Shown here: one piece after another, positions 11,555-24,001 of the stretch
How positions within the stretch are numbered: position 1 is the stretch's first letter
Layout of the letters: the number at the start of each line of letters is the position of its first letter
Source: Eledone cirrhosa
Lineage: Eukaryota
NCBI GenBank assembly: GCA_964016885.1
Contig: OZ024740.1
Coordinates: forward strand, 180,544,001-180,608,000
Length of the DNA: 64,000 nucleotides
Reading direction: 5' to 3'
Notes under the pieces: generated by a model
Told to the model about the DNA's origin: nothing
Databases searched by the model: none
The model's input: the letters and a program-made list of their open reading frames with translations, nothing else
Program-made: the position numbers and the translations under genes

Positions 11555-14500
11555 GGTGATCGGTTTCTATCACCGACTCTGGCTTAGAATGTGGTAAATT
11601 GTTTACTTTGCATAGGTGCCAGTAGATCACCCTGCCCATCACATCATGTCTCCAGCCGTTATAGTGAGTCTGGGCTAGGTGTTTACACTCGGATACAATG
11701 TGAGCCACAGTCTCCTCTCTCTCTCCACATATCCTGCACAGTGGGCTAGCCTCCTCCTTGTAAATATGGTGTTTTAACCACTAAATTTTGAGGGCCAGCT
11801 CCTGCGCAGACAATAACATTCCTTCTGTAGCCTTTTTAAGGTCTCCTCTTTTCAACCAGTTCCATGTCTGTGGGTCTCTAAATTCAGTTTTCTCAAAGAA
11901 GGTACAATGTAGGGATTTTCCTGAAGGCTGCTCTTTCTCCTTGATTTTTAATTCCTCATTGGACATCCCATGGTCTATTGTCCCCTCCTTCAGTACAGTT
12001 CTGAGCATTGGCTCCTTACTATCAGTCACGTATTTGTGTAGGTTGTTTTTCTCCATCTGAACACAGTCCTCTATTCTGATAAGACCTCTTCCACCTTCAG
12101 ATCTCCTTAAGTAGAGTCTATCGACATCACTTCTCTTGTGGAACATGTTGTATATAGTCAATAGCTTCCTAGTCTTCCTATCCATTTCTTTTTGTTCAGC
12201 AACATTCCATCTCAGAATTCCCGCACTGTACCTAATAATAGACACAGCTCGGGAATTTACTGCACTTATGGCATTCCTACTGTTCAGATGTGACTTTAAT
12301 GCGCTCCTTACTCTCCGAATGTATTCAGTTCTTATCAATTCCTTCATTTTTTTGTTCTTGATGTCATCAGCCTCCAGAACACCCAAATATTTGTATCCTT
12401 CTTCAGAGTCAATTTCCTTTATCATCTCACCTGTTGGTACCTGGATTCCGTTACTTCTGCTCAACTTACCCATCCTCATCACAATGAATCCACACTTACT
12501 AATAATAAATTGCATACATATATCATTGCTGAAAATACGGACAGTGTCAACAAGCACATCCGACTCCTTCTCACTCTTCCCGAAGAGCCTAAGATCGTCA
12601 ATGAAGCGGAGGTGATTGATTGTAAGCTCTCCCTTTCCCAACCTGCATCCTGCTGTCACTTTTCGCAGTATAATGGTCAGGGGCATCAGAGCAAGGACAA
12701 ACATCAGAGGGGACAGACAATCTCCCTGGAAGATAACTCTCTTGATCTTCACGCCTCCCATGTATTCTCCAGCTGATGATAACTCTGTTTTCCAGGACTT
12801 CATACTTTTGCTGAACAACTGTCTGATGTTATCTGACACCTTGAAGATCTCTAGGCTTTTGGTGATCCAAGAATGAGGCACCATGTCAAATGCCTTTCTG
12901 TAGTCTATCCATCCCATGACAAGACAAGTGTGTCTCCTCTAGCAATTCCTCATTACCATCTTATCAATAAGTAACTGGTCCTTTGTACCACGGGACTTAT
13001 TTCGGCATCCTTTCTGTTCGTCCGGTAACAAGTTGTTTGTGTGGAGGTGATGGTAGTTTTCCTCAGACACAATGCTTGTCGACAGTTTCCACATTACGGA
13101 CAGACTTGTGATAGGTCTATAGTTGGTAACATCATTACCCTTGATTCGGTTTTTCATTACCAGATCTGTGGTACCTTTTGTCAACCACTCTGGTACCTCA
13201 CCTGACATCAAGCAGTCATTGTACATGGTTGTCAGTTTCGGGTGGAGGGATGTTATATTTTTAATCCAATACGCCTGCACAACATCTGGACCTGGTGATT
13301 TCCAGTTGGTTAGTGTTTTGGCCTGCCCCTTAAGAGTTTTAACTGTGATACTCAAATCAGTTTGTTGGTGTCCCTGTTCACTAATCTCCTTTTGTACTGT
13401 CTCAATCCACACTGCCAGGTCATTATGTTTAACATCCTGCTCCCATATTCCTCTCCAGAATGTCTTAGTTTGTTCCGCCTCAGGGATCAGGTCGATGCCT
13501 CTTTCTTTCCCTTCAAGCTATCCACACAACATCTTCTGGTTGTTGTCAAACATGCGGTTCTGTCTATACTGACTGACTCTGCTCTCGTATCGCCTAATTT
13601 TTGCACTCTTTGCTACAATGCGTTGCTTCAGTTCCTCTATGATAATATTTAGCATTTTCCTCCTAGTTTTGTACTTTATTTCCAGTCTATTTTTAGTGTC
13701 TATGTTTTTTAGTGTCTCATTCAGTAGGGACTCAAGATTTCCAATGTGATTTCTCATTTCCTTGATTTGACCATTCAGTCGTTTCTTCTACCAATGTTCT
13801 GATCTTTCTTGTTTGTTGTTTCCTCCGCTTTTATGCCAAGTAATTTCCTCACCGCATTTGCTGTTGCTTTGAGGATATTGTTGCACTGGTGAAGGCTCCT
13901 CGCCTCAAGGTATGGGATGACTTTGTCTATCTTAGCTGTTGTTTCTTTTAACTTTTTCCTGTCTACAAATCTTAGGTTCATAGGTTTCCCACTATCATTG
14001 TTCATTTCATCTACCACTAAGTTTAGGATATCAACCAAATCTTGTCCTAGCCCGTCAGCATTCATCTCCTCAATGGCCGTATCTTTGTTCCAGGTATTAT
14101 TTATTCCAGCATTCAGATCATTGTCTGCTTCGGATGGTTCCTCCGATCTCTCAACCTCTTCACCTTCATTTCCCACTGGCTCGTTTGCCTGGCATACTCC
14201 ACTCTCCATTTCCAACCTAATCTCTCTGCTCAGTTCCTCCAGTTCCAGCTCGCTTATACACCCATTAGTTCTTATTACCCGAGCTTGCCCGGCCAATTTT
14301 TGTTCATCTAATTTAAATAGACCAATCTCGTTCCAGATGTTATGCCTCCGTTTCCTACAGCCTTTCTCCTTGGGTTACTCTTCAGGTAACATTGCATAAC
14401 TGTTCTATTCAATTCTTTCGTCCAGTTGGTTCTGGTCCCTTTCCTTCTTCTTCTTCTTCTTCCGACACCAGTAGTATTTGGTTGACAGCCAGGTCCCTGC

Positions 14501-15664
14501 TGCTGGGCCAGTGAGCACCTGCTGGTTGAGAGTCTGTAACATGACATTCCAGTCTCCACTTCACCGTTATTTGAACTGTTTAGGTTCGACATTTAAACAC
14601 TCTTATCGACGATTGGTGAAGGTATGATTACATAACCACCGGTGATTTTATCAACCTCAGTGATTTGATCAACCCCGGTGATTTTAACGTTTTTAACGTG
14701 GCAGTATCACGCTGTAGACGAACATAAATAAACAAACAAATAGGTACACCCCACCCCTGAAAAAAAAAGAATAAGCATAAGTTTCATTGTAATGTAATGT
14801 TTGAATGTCTGACTTAGTTTTTTTTGCTTGTCTGTCTGTTTCTTTTCCTTTTCTTTTTTCTTTTCTTTACGTTTTTCGTTGCTGCTATTTTGATTTTGAT
14901 TTTGGTTTTTCGATTTTTTGACCGGGTCATCAAATCAGTCTATTTATATCGTTTGATGCCTTCCTCTTTTAATGGCAATACTACTATGCCGGTCTTTGCA
15001 GGAGGTAGTGGGAGAGAATAGCGGCGGTAACGATAATGAGGCAGTGGTGGTGGTGGTGATGTGCTAGTAGTACTTAGCAGGAGGTAGTGGGAGAGAATAG
15101 CGGCGGTAGCGATAATGAGGCAGTGGTGGTGGTGGTGCTGTGCTAGTAGTACTTAGCAGGAGGTAGTGGGAGAGAATAGCGGCGGTAGCGATAATGAGGC
15201 GGTGGTGGTGGTGCTGTGCTAGTAGTACTTAGCAGGAGGTAGTGGGAGAGAATAGCGGCGGTAGCGATAATGAGGCAGTGGTGGTGGTGATGTTATCGTA
15301 GTACTGTAGTGATGGTGTTGAAGTTGAAGTAGAAATAGAAGTTGAGGTAACTTGAATAGAGTGTTTGGCGTGGTTGTGGTGATGGTGGCGGTGGTGGTGT
15401 AGGTGGTGAAATAATTTGCCTGTCTGTCCACTTAGCCATTTTTCTCTTTTTCGACTTAAGATTTCTGATCCATAATTAAATATTAAATATTGGGGCCCTA
15501 TGCCGTAATGTGATGCGTTGACGCTTGCTGAGCGTCAAAACTCAATCTTATACTTCATTTGTAATAAGAATTATTCTATCACAGTTGTTTTAAATAAGTA
15601 AAAATCAAAAACTTACGGGAGCGATTCCATAACGATATATATCCACCATGTGCGTTTTCTTCCC
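11555..15664 (-). mobile_element. R4/Dong family 1, copy A: intact 5' end and long 5'UTR, degenerate ORF from 14592, 3' end missing
   Basis: ORF fragments 11781-14592 homologous to copy B; 5' terminus GGGAAGAAAACGCACATGGTGG follows (TAA)n, matching 28554. Confidence 0.9.
14998..15292 (-). repeat. Minisatellite with 76-79 bp unit (~3.7 copies) in the R4 5'UTR
   Basis: Unit starts GCAGGAGGTAGTGGGAGAGAATAG at 14998, 15077, 15156 and 15232. Confidence 0.9.

Positions 15665-15710
<46 letters not shown>
15665..15710. repeat. (TTA)n microsatellite upstream of the R4 copy A 5' end
   Basis: Visible in sequence. Confidence 0.95.
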
Positions 15711-16209
15711 GAACAACAGCAGCAGCATCAATGTCTTCCAGCCACAAAACCAAAATGATGATGATAATCATTATCACCATATGTGTTGTTTGTCTCTCGT
15801 TTTGTACTATATATAATGTTAAGGAAAGTAAAATGGATAATTTAGGAAATTTGAAAAACGAAAACTAATCGTCTATATGTATTTACAAATGATAAGCTGT
15901 TCAGTAAAGTAAAATATTTGTTTCTCTCTATCTTTACCATCGTGTGATATTTTAGAATGTGTTAACTACGTAAGTTTGTCTTACATATCTATACATCAGA
16001 AGAAAATTCCAATCACTATTTGAAGACATTTGTGATGGTGATATACCAGACATTTGTTTGTTTTTTTCATTTTAAAGTATCATTTATTCTCAATACCATA
16101 CAGATGGCGGTTCCTATTCTGCAGTAGAACATTTATTTCAATGTTCAGCACAGTTTTTTTTCCTTCACGTCCTTCATTTCAATCAAATTCAGCTTTATCG
16201 TTGGTATAA

Positions 16210-16425
16210 TAATCATCTTCTTCATCATCTTCCATATTCTCATCATCACCATCATCGTCCTCATTTTCATCAAATTGTTCCGCGTCCTTCTCCTCTTCCT
16301 CCTCCGCCTCCTCCTCCACCTCCCCATCCGCCTCCTCTTCCTCCTCGTCGTCGTCATCATCATCATCATCGTCATCATCTCTACCGCAATGAACATCTTC
16401 CTCGTTGTCATCATAATCATCAATT
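16210..16425. repeat. Degenerate trinucleotide (CAT/CCT/CGT) low-complexity tract
   Basis: Visible in sequence. Confidence 0.8.
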
Positions 16426-17495
16426 GCAGTGTTGTTTTGTATGTTACATGATGCATAACCACATGCGCTATCATCATACTTGAGACCAGCTAAAATATTA
16501 ACACCTGTAGATTTCTAAACCAGGTACATATTAATCTTCATATGAACACAGAAAGCTTCTTAATGACATATTTCCTTATTTTGAGACGAAACCTACATTC
16601 GGTCACATTTTCCTACGCAAAGTTATATATTTAAAATGTCACTGCTGGTATCTCAAGACATGTTCGCTATACCTTCCTCATACAGTGCCCATAACTTAGT
16701 ATGCTGTCTCAAAAATGAATTTGCTTTGAATATCCATTCTTCTTAAATATTTTTCTTGCTAGGATTTGGTGAAATATATGTATATCTATATCTAATAGAC
16801 TATTACTGAATAATTAGGAAATAATTTTTGTACCTTACTCTTATCATGAAACCTTATGTATATAGTGATTGGTTTTCATTCAATGAAATATGGATTATTC
16901 AAATATTTGATATAGATTGGAAAGATTACTCATGAGAAATTATACATCTTATTTTAAGTAATAATCTCATAAGTACAGAACAATGTACAAACAAAATACA
17001 GTAGAAAGGATATCATTTTGTAATAAATGTGTAAAATATGTGTTATTTTCCGAGACTCCGATAAGACGTTAATTCAATTTACAAACATCGTGGTGTATAC
17101 AGTAATACACTCAACCTGAAGTATTGTGACCTTATATTCTCGTTTTTCCATTTTTCTATTTTCTAGAGAGTTGTCTTCATTAAAATGTTTCTATTTATTA
17201 ATTTCCCTTCACAATTATTTCACACAACTTCATGTAAAGGCCCCAGATTATAGCAAAGAAATAATTTAACACAAATTTGAAAAAATAGTTAATCAGATTG
17301 TTGAATCTCAAACTTATGTAGAGCATGCGCTGAGTTTTAGCTATTCCAGAGCAGTCCTAGTTTTTATTCTCGTCTTAAGAGATTTCTACTTTGATTTTGA
17401 GGGGCGCAGACATTCATAATTTCTACAAAATCATGGAGTGAGTGGCAGAGGGCTATCTGGTACCAATTGTATTTGTCTGCTTCGTTAAAATCAAT

Positions 17496-17539
<44 letters not shown>

Positions 17540-18550
17540 GTGTGTATGTGTGTGTGTGTATGTATGTATATCTATATATATATATATGGATTTAACAAAA
17601 TAAGCATCAGCAATATTATCAGAATCATCTTAATTCAACCATATAGGCGCTCTCTTTCATTTCAAATATCTTAACTAAATAACGACATCTTGAAAGATGC
17701 ATTCTAAAAAACGTTTGCCTAAAATTATAGATAAGAAATGAACAGGGATTAAGTAACAATAACTTTAGATACATTGCTAAATCTACCTTTTGACACATGG
17801 CTGTAGGGAAAGGCCAGACTATTTGCCTACTACCCTACATCCAAATTCCGCAGATCGCAGATCTGTTATCCGCAGATCTGTTATCGGCAGATTCTTAATT
17901 ATTTTTTATCGCCAATCAGATGACATATAAAGTAGTGCTAAGGATGAATATTTCCCTCTGTATGTATCCGCTTACACGAAACCTATCGCTCTAACACTGT
18001 AACTCGATATTGTTAGGGAAAACACTACAGTTGCATGTAACGAATACAGATTAATTTCAGGTAATTAAATGGCGAGGATGTTCTGAATTCACGAGATATT
18101 TTAATTACAACAGATCCTTCATTTCCCTTTGGTACCAATCTCTGATTGCAATGGGCATTAATGAAACCCAATGCTGGTCTATTAAATTATTAAGTGTGAA
18201 GCATCAAATATTCGTTTAGATAGGTATGAGAATTTCAATAATACTAAGTGAAAGGAACTTATCTATCTACACCTGAAATATCGAATTGACAGAGAAGATC
18301 GTTTACATGAAATTAATATAAACGTAATACTATCTGTCGTCTTATTTAATTCAGTTTCAGAAATTCCTTAAAACTGTTCAACTATTGGAAAATAAAGTAT
18401 GTAATGTTATGATGATAGGTGTGTATATTTATCTGATTTTATAAAGGACTTACTGCAGAAAAGTGCACTCCCTCTCGTTCTCAATCTCTATCCCACACTT
18501 TATCACGTGCACGCACATGCACCACTTCCACACATATACATACAACAGCC

Positions 18551-18628
<78 letters not shown>

Positions 18629-19120
18629 TTATAGGCACACACACACACATACATGCGTGTGCGTGGGTGCGTGTATGTGCGTCTGTGTGTGTTTATGCGT
18701 GCCCACACGCATGCGTGTGCGTGTCCGTGTATATGAATAATTCATAGTGCAGTCTGTTATAGTATTTCAATCGTGCCAGTAACCTGAATCGGAATTCGAA
18801 ATCTGTCATGAGATTTTCGAGCGAATTTGCAACGGAAGTTTGCCGAAGAATCACACTCTCTTTGTCCTAGCATAATGAAAAATGAATGTGATTCCAATTA
18901 CATTTCTAATCAACTCAAACTCCAATTAAATACACTGAGGCTTATTCAATTGTTTTGATGAAATCTCATTTCTCACTAGCAAATGAGTTTGATTTACATG
19001 ACAGTGCATCGTTCAAGACAGAAACGCTTGCTCTCTTTATATATATACATTTATATTTGCACCCACACATATAACATATATATATATTATTTTTATTATA
19101 TTTAATATAATATTTATTAT

Positions 19121-19161
<41 letters not shown>

Positions 19162-19379
19162 ATATATGAATTTAGATTAGTACAATGCCAAAGGCACTGA
19201 AGCAAACGCAATTATTTCTATCTTAACTTATATAACTTCTCAACGATAACGATATTACAAATGCAGAGGATTTGTATCGGTACAAGTTTCAGTGATGCTA
19301 ATGTCACATTTCTGTATCATAATCTTCATGAAATGTATTTATATTCACTGTTTTGTTTTAAGTGGTATCATAACGGGCG

Positions 19380-19625
19380 GCTCTGGGATCAGTCGAATGG
19401 CCTTCACAAAAGGTCGGAAGGTTTATTACAGGGAAGCAATAATACTCAGTTCTGCGAAGAAAGACTGGAATATTGGCCGGTAATGCTGGGACGAGGAGGA
19501 TAGATAGATCACATCCAAGATTTCGGTTGGTCTAAATTGGAGATCTGTCTGGATGATTTGTAAATGTTTGATTCAGACAGGGACCTCTGCATGAAGTGTC
19601 TGAGTACTATGGCCGCTAGAATCTC
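19380..19625 (+). mobile_element. Old RTE-like LINE 3' fragment
   Basis: Degenerate translation ..DHIQDFGWSKLEI..DRD.. resembles RTE C-termini and the 61240-61885 fragment. Confidence 0.45.
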
Positions 19626-19815
19626 AAAGGAATAACTGAGTAGAGGCACAGAAGATGGTATATATATATATATATATATATATCACCTTGATCACCTTAA
19701 CCGACAAGCCTGTCGGGCGGCGTGCGGCGCCTCTGGTCGCAGCAAGTGCTGTATTAGCCATACGATGACGCCATCCCACTGGCTGGGCGTGCAGGCCGTA
19801 AGTCTAAAGTCTATC

Positions 19816-20083
19816 TTAACCCAGAAGGCGCATTTGGCCGGTGCTTATCCCGGTTTCATGGCGTGAAACGACTGAGAGTACAAGATTCACCCCCTGGACA
19901 GGACGCCAATCCATCGCAGGGTTAAACCTCCCGCTATTGCTGGTACTCATTTTCAGCTGTGTAAACTGGAGCAACATGAAATAAAGTGTCTTGCTCAGGG
20001 AAACACACATCACCTTGTCCGAGAATTGAACTCAACCTTTCGATTGGAAGCCTGCTGCTCTAACCACCAAGCCATGCGCCTTC
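19816..20083 (-). mobile_element. tRNA-derived SINE with CORE-like and Meta-like central blocks
   Basis: A box TGGCTTGGTGG, B box GAGTTCAATTC, then CCCTGAGCAAGACACTT and CCCTGCGATGGATTGGCGTCCTGTCCAGGGGG...GAAACCGG. Confidence 0.8.
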
Positions 20084-20143
20084 ACACACACACACACACA
20101 CACACATATATAAACATATATAAAATATATATACATATATTTA

Positions 20144-20234
<91 letters not shown>

Positions 20235-20347
20235 GTTTGTATATGTATAATAAAGCCAAAACAAAGCCGGTATGGACATAGAATAAAGAATGCAAATGCA
20301 AAAGATATTGTTGACAATTAGTCTTTTACCTTAGATTTATTTAAATG

Positions 20348-20384
20348 TCCTTAATTTTCGAGATAATATCTCTTCTTCGGAGGG
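20348..20384 (-). ncRNA. Degenerate hammerhead ribozyme in the PLE 3' pseudo-LTR
   Basis: Minus strand: cct-CCGAAGA-agagatattatctc-GAAA-at-TA-agg; core U4>C change; stem II gagata/tatctc. Confidence 0.5.
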
Positions 20385-20777
20385 AAGTAAAGCAGTTAAA
20401 CCAGCGTTCTAAATAGCTTGCCAAGTCATGCTGATAGGAAATGGTATAGAGTGTCTGTTGTATCTCTAATGTCAAAAAGTTAAGGTTAGGTGGATGAAGA
20501 GTAGTCTCCCTTTAAAGGTTTTTGTTTTTTTTGTACATGCCTGTTTAAGTGTGTGGGAGAATGCAGAAAGGTGTAAGTATGTGAGTGTATGTGTGTGAGT
20601 GTGAGAAGATATGTCTATACGTAAATGTGGGGGATAGATGTTATTTCGTGTTAGAACTGGTCTTTGTGTGTGTATGTGTTTGTGTGAGAGAGAATAAGTG
20701 GAGGTGTAAGCGTGTTGCGTGTGTGTGCGTGTGTGTGTGTGGGGGGGGGGGTTATAAATATGGGGCTAGAAGCTCTA

Positions 20778-22901
20778 TCAAGTTATAAATTGGGTGTTGA
20801 GTTCTAGTCTATTATTGATTGGTGGTTGTGTTTTGTCTATAATTAATGCTTCCTTAATTCTAAGATTGCCGAGGTTTCTTTCCTTGGTTTCTATTCTAAC
20901 TGTTATGGTTTTGTCGGTGTTTTTGCATTTAACTAGGTGTTTCTTAAATGAGGAAGCGTTAGTATTGAGGTGTTCTTTTATTCTTATGTGGAGTGGTCTG
21001 GTGGTGCTACCTACGTAGAAGTTGCTGCATTTGTCACACTCTAGTCTGTATATGACGTAAGCCTTGTGGCATACGTCTGTGTCGTTGATGGGGCAGTTGG
21101 CTAGCCTGCAGCAATTGTCATGTCTGGTGGAGTGTCTTTTGGTTAGCTGTCCGCGTAGAGAAGGACCTGAGTGGGCCAGTTGGATATCTAGTCCCTCTCG
21201 TCTGATAGCTCTGCGGATGGTTGTTGTTGTTTCGTCACTGAAGTGTGGGAGCTTCAGGAAGCAAGTGTTCGTGCCTCGGGTGTGGTGTCCTCTGTTCTTT
21301 CTGGCACGGTTTGTGGTGGATGTCGTGGATCCGTTCAATTTGAGTACTTCCAGGAAATGTGTGCTGTGGTGTCTCGGTCTCTAGCGTCGGTGCATTTGTT
21401 CCGGATACGTGTTAGGTCGTTCCTTATGTATCCGAACTTAGCGCCGGCTGGGAGGGCAGATCTAAAATGTACGAACAGGTCCCTGCCGGCGGCTTTTTTA
21501 TAGAAGCAGGTGTGGATGTTGCCTTCCTCTGTTACCCTGAGTTGGAAGTCCAGTAGGGATAGGGATCCGCGGTCATCGGGGTGTTCCATGCTGAACTTTA
21601 TACTGACGTCCATGCTGGAGAATGTGTATATTTTATCTGCCTCCTCACGGGATGATGTAAGGATGAGTATGTCATCTACATATCGGGTGAAGAAGGTATG
21701 GGAATGGCAGAGTGCTCGGTATTCTAGCTGGTTCATATAGGTGATGGCCAGCAGGCCCGATAGGCTGGATCCCATGGGTAATCCTGTTGTCTGTCTGTAT
21801 GTGTGGTGGTGGAAGGTGAAGTACGTGTTGTCCACTGTGAAGGACAAATGCTGGTGTATGTCCGTCGGATGGAGGCCGTAGCAGTGGATGTCCTCTGCGA
21901 CCACGCAGTCCGTCAATAAATCGACAGCTGGATGAGCGGGGACTGTAGTGTAGAGGGAGTCAACGTCGATGCTAAACGCGTATCTATTTAGTTTAAGTTG
22001 TTCTGGCTGGAGTTGGTGTAGTCTACGTATAACTTCGTCGGAGCTACTGACATGCACTGGAAAGGTGGAGAGTAGAGGCTTGAGGACATGGGAGAGGAGC
22101 CAGGAAATTTTGTATAGGGGTCCTTCTATGCTAGAGACGATGGATCTTATTTGCGTCTTAGTACTATTCTTGTGGGTCTTGATGAGGTGGTAGAAAGTGG
22201 GCAGTCTGCTATTTCTAGTGGTGTAGTTGAGCTTAACTTTATTTGGGAGTTGTCTTCTCCTACAGATATCGAACCAGATGGAGTTGGTCGGTTTTTCGAT
22301 CTGGGCTGCAGTCATGTCCGGGATCTCTATATAATTAATTTTCGCTTAGGTGTTCAAAGGCTAGGTTGTTGTATGTGGCTTGATAGATGACGCAAAACTC
22401 TTTACCTTTGTCGGATGGTAAGTATATAAGTTCCCTATTCCGTAGGTTCTTCAGGGTAAGTTGTTGTGTCCGGGAGAGGTTTGGGGCTATCTTCTTCTGT
22501 TTCTGTAAGATGTTAAATACGGAATGTTTTAGCCTCGAGAGTTTTTCTTCAAGCTCGCGGCTCGCAGGCGGTGGACAGTGTGGGCGATCCAGTTGGTATA
22601 TCGGGAATCTGGGTTTGTTAGATTCCGTGGTGTTGTTGCCGAGAGTCGATATCCATTTTAGTTGGTAGGCAGCCCGACAGAAATTCGTTTCTATGTCGAG
22701 CCATAATTTGTCGTCCAGTCTCTGTTTCAATATGAACTGGAGACCCAGGCTGAGGAGGTCTAATTCCTCTCGGGAGAGGGATCTTGTCAAGTCTGTGACG
22801 AGGTGTCTTGCGTCAGGTGTGTTGTTGGTCGGGGCGCCGCTATGTTCGGTGTTTAATATTGACATTATTTTAATATCTGTCAATATGATTTCCCGTGACA
22901 C
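20778..22901 (-). pseudogene. PLE polyprotein in three ORF pieces (22335-22901, 21335-22315, 20778-21338)
   Basis: RT and GIY-YIG motifs in collinear order across the breaks. Confidence 0.88.
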
Positions 22902-23097
22902 AGTGATCTCTTCTGGTCTTTGTTCATATGAAAATTAATGTCATAATTTACCATATCTTTCCACAAATCATTAATATATTTTCTCAAATTTTACTATCAT
23001 TATATCATTATATTTCTACTATCACTATGATCAAATGTGCCATATATGTTTCTGTTTTTTTTATAAACTGCATTTCGTTATATCTATATTAAACATG

Positions 23098-23275
23098 GAG
23101 GTGGATTGGCAGTATCGGTAGAGCGCCTGACAACATGCGTCCCTTTATGTTCTGATTTCAAATCCTTCCGAGTTTAGCTTTGCCTTTCTTCCTTACTGGT
23201 TAGAAAAAAAAAAATATCAGTAACAAACAGGTGTAAATTTAATCGACTCTAAAAAAAAAATATAAGCTTTCCACT
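23098..23275 (+). mobile_element. Degenerate cephalopod-type tRNA-derived SINE
   Basis: TGGCAGTATCGGTAGAG...TTCAAATCC...CTTTGCCTTTC; homologous to the 54.3-54.9 kb copies. Confidence 0.7.
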
Positions 23276-23500
23276 TATTTAAAACAGATATATATATATA
23301 TGTATATGAAACATGATTAATGTTATATACGACTCCGTTATGCCATGTCAAACTGTAAATAAGTATTTCACATTAGTGTATTTCAGTGTTGCATTAAATT
23401 GAGTTACCATTCAGTTCTCTTAATCTACTATAGAATGTTGATTCATATTTACACAAATAAGTTTGTAAGAAGCTCACGAATGTATAAATATACAAGAGAG

Positions 23501-23557
<57 letters not shown>

Positions 23558-23634
23558 TTATCTCGGGTTCAACCGGGGGTGACCTCAGTAAGTAAGGTAC
23601 TCAATACAGTGCAGAATATAAATGTTTAATATAG

Positions 23635-24001
<367 letters not shown>

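Larger units (their letters stand above)
20340..22935 (-). mobile_element. Penelope-like element (RT plus GIY-YIG), frameshifted
   Basis: LPSDKG, FYHLIKTHK, SIDVDSLYT, GLPMGSSLS, TRYVDD, LLDF; Cys linker CCRLANCP; VIYRLECDKC..YVGSTTRPLHIRIKEH..IKEAL..IN. Confidence 0.92.

Noticed and set aside
14998-15292. CRISPR-like appearance of regularly spaced repeats
   Set aside because: Whole units repeat with no unique spacers, there are no cas genes, and the context is eukaryotic; it is a minisatellite
17845-17895. Short GCAGATCTGTTATC tandem, possibly a DNA-transposon remnant
   Set aside because: No terminal inverted repeats or target duplication identifiable
18450-18750. ORFs made of YI/HT/CV runs (also near 20.1, 26.8 and 61.1 kb)
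   Set aside because: Translations of dinucleotide microsatellites
20010-20083. tRNA gene
   Set aside because: A and B boxes run directly into a SINE body and there is no full cloverleaf
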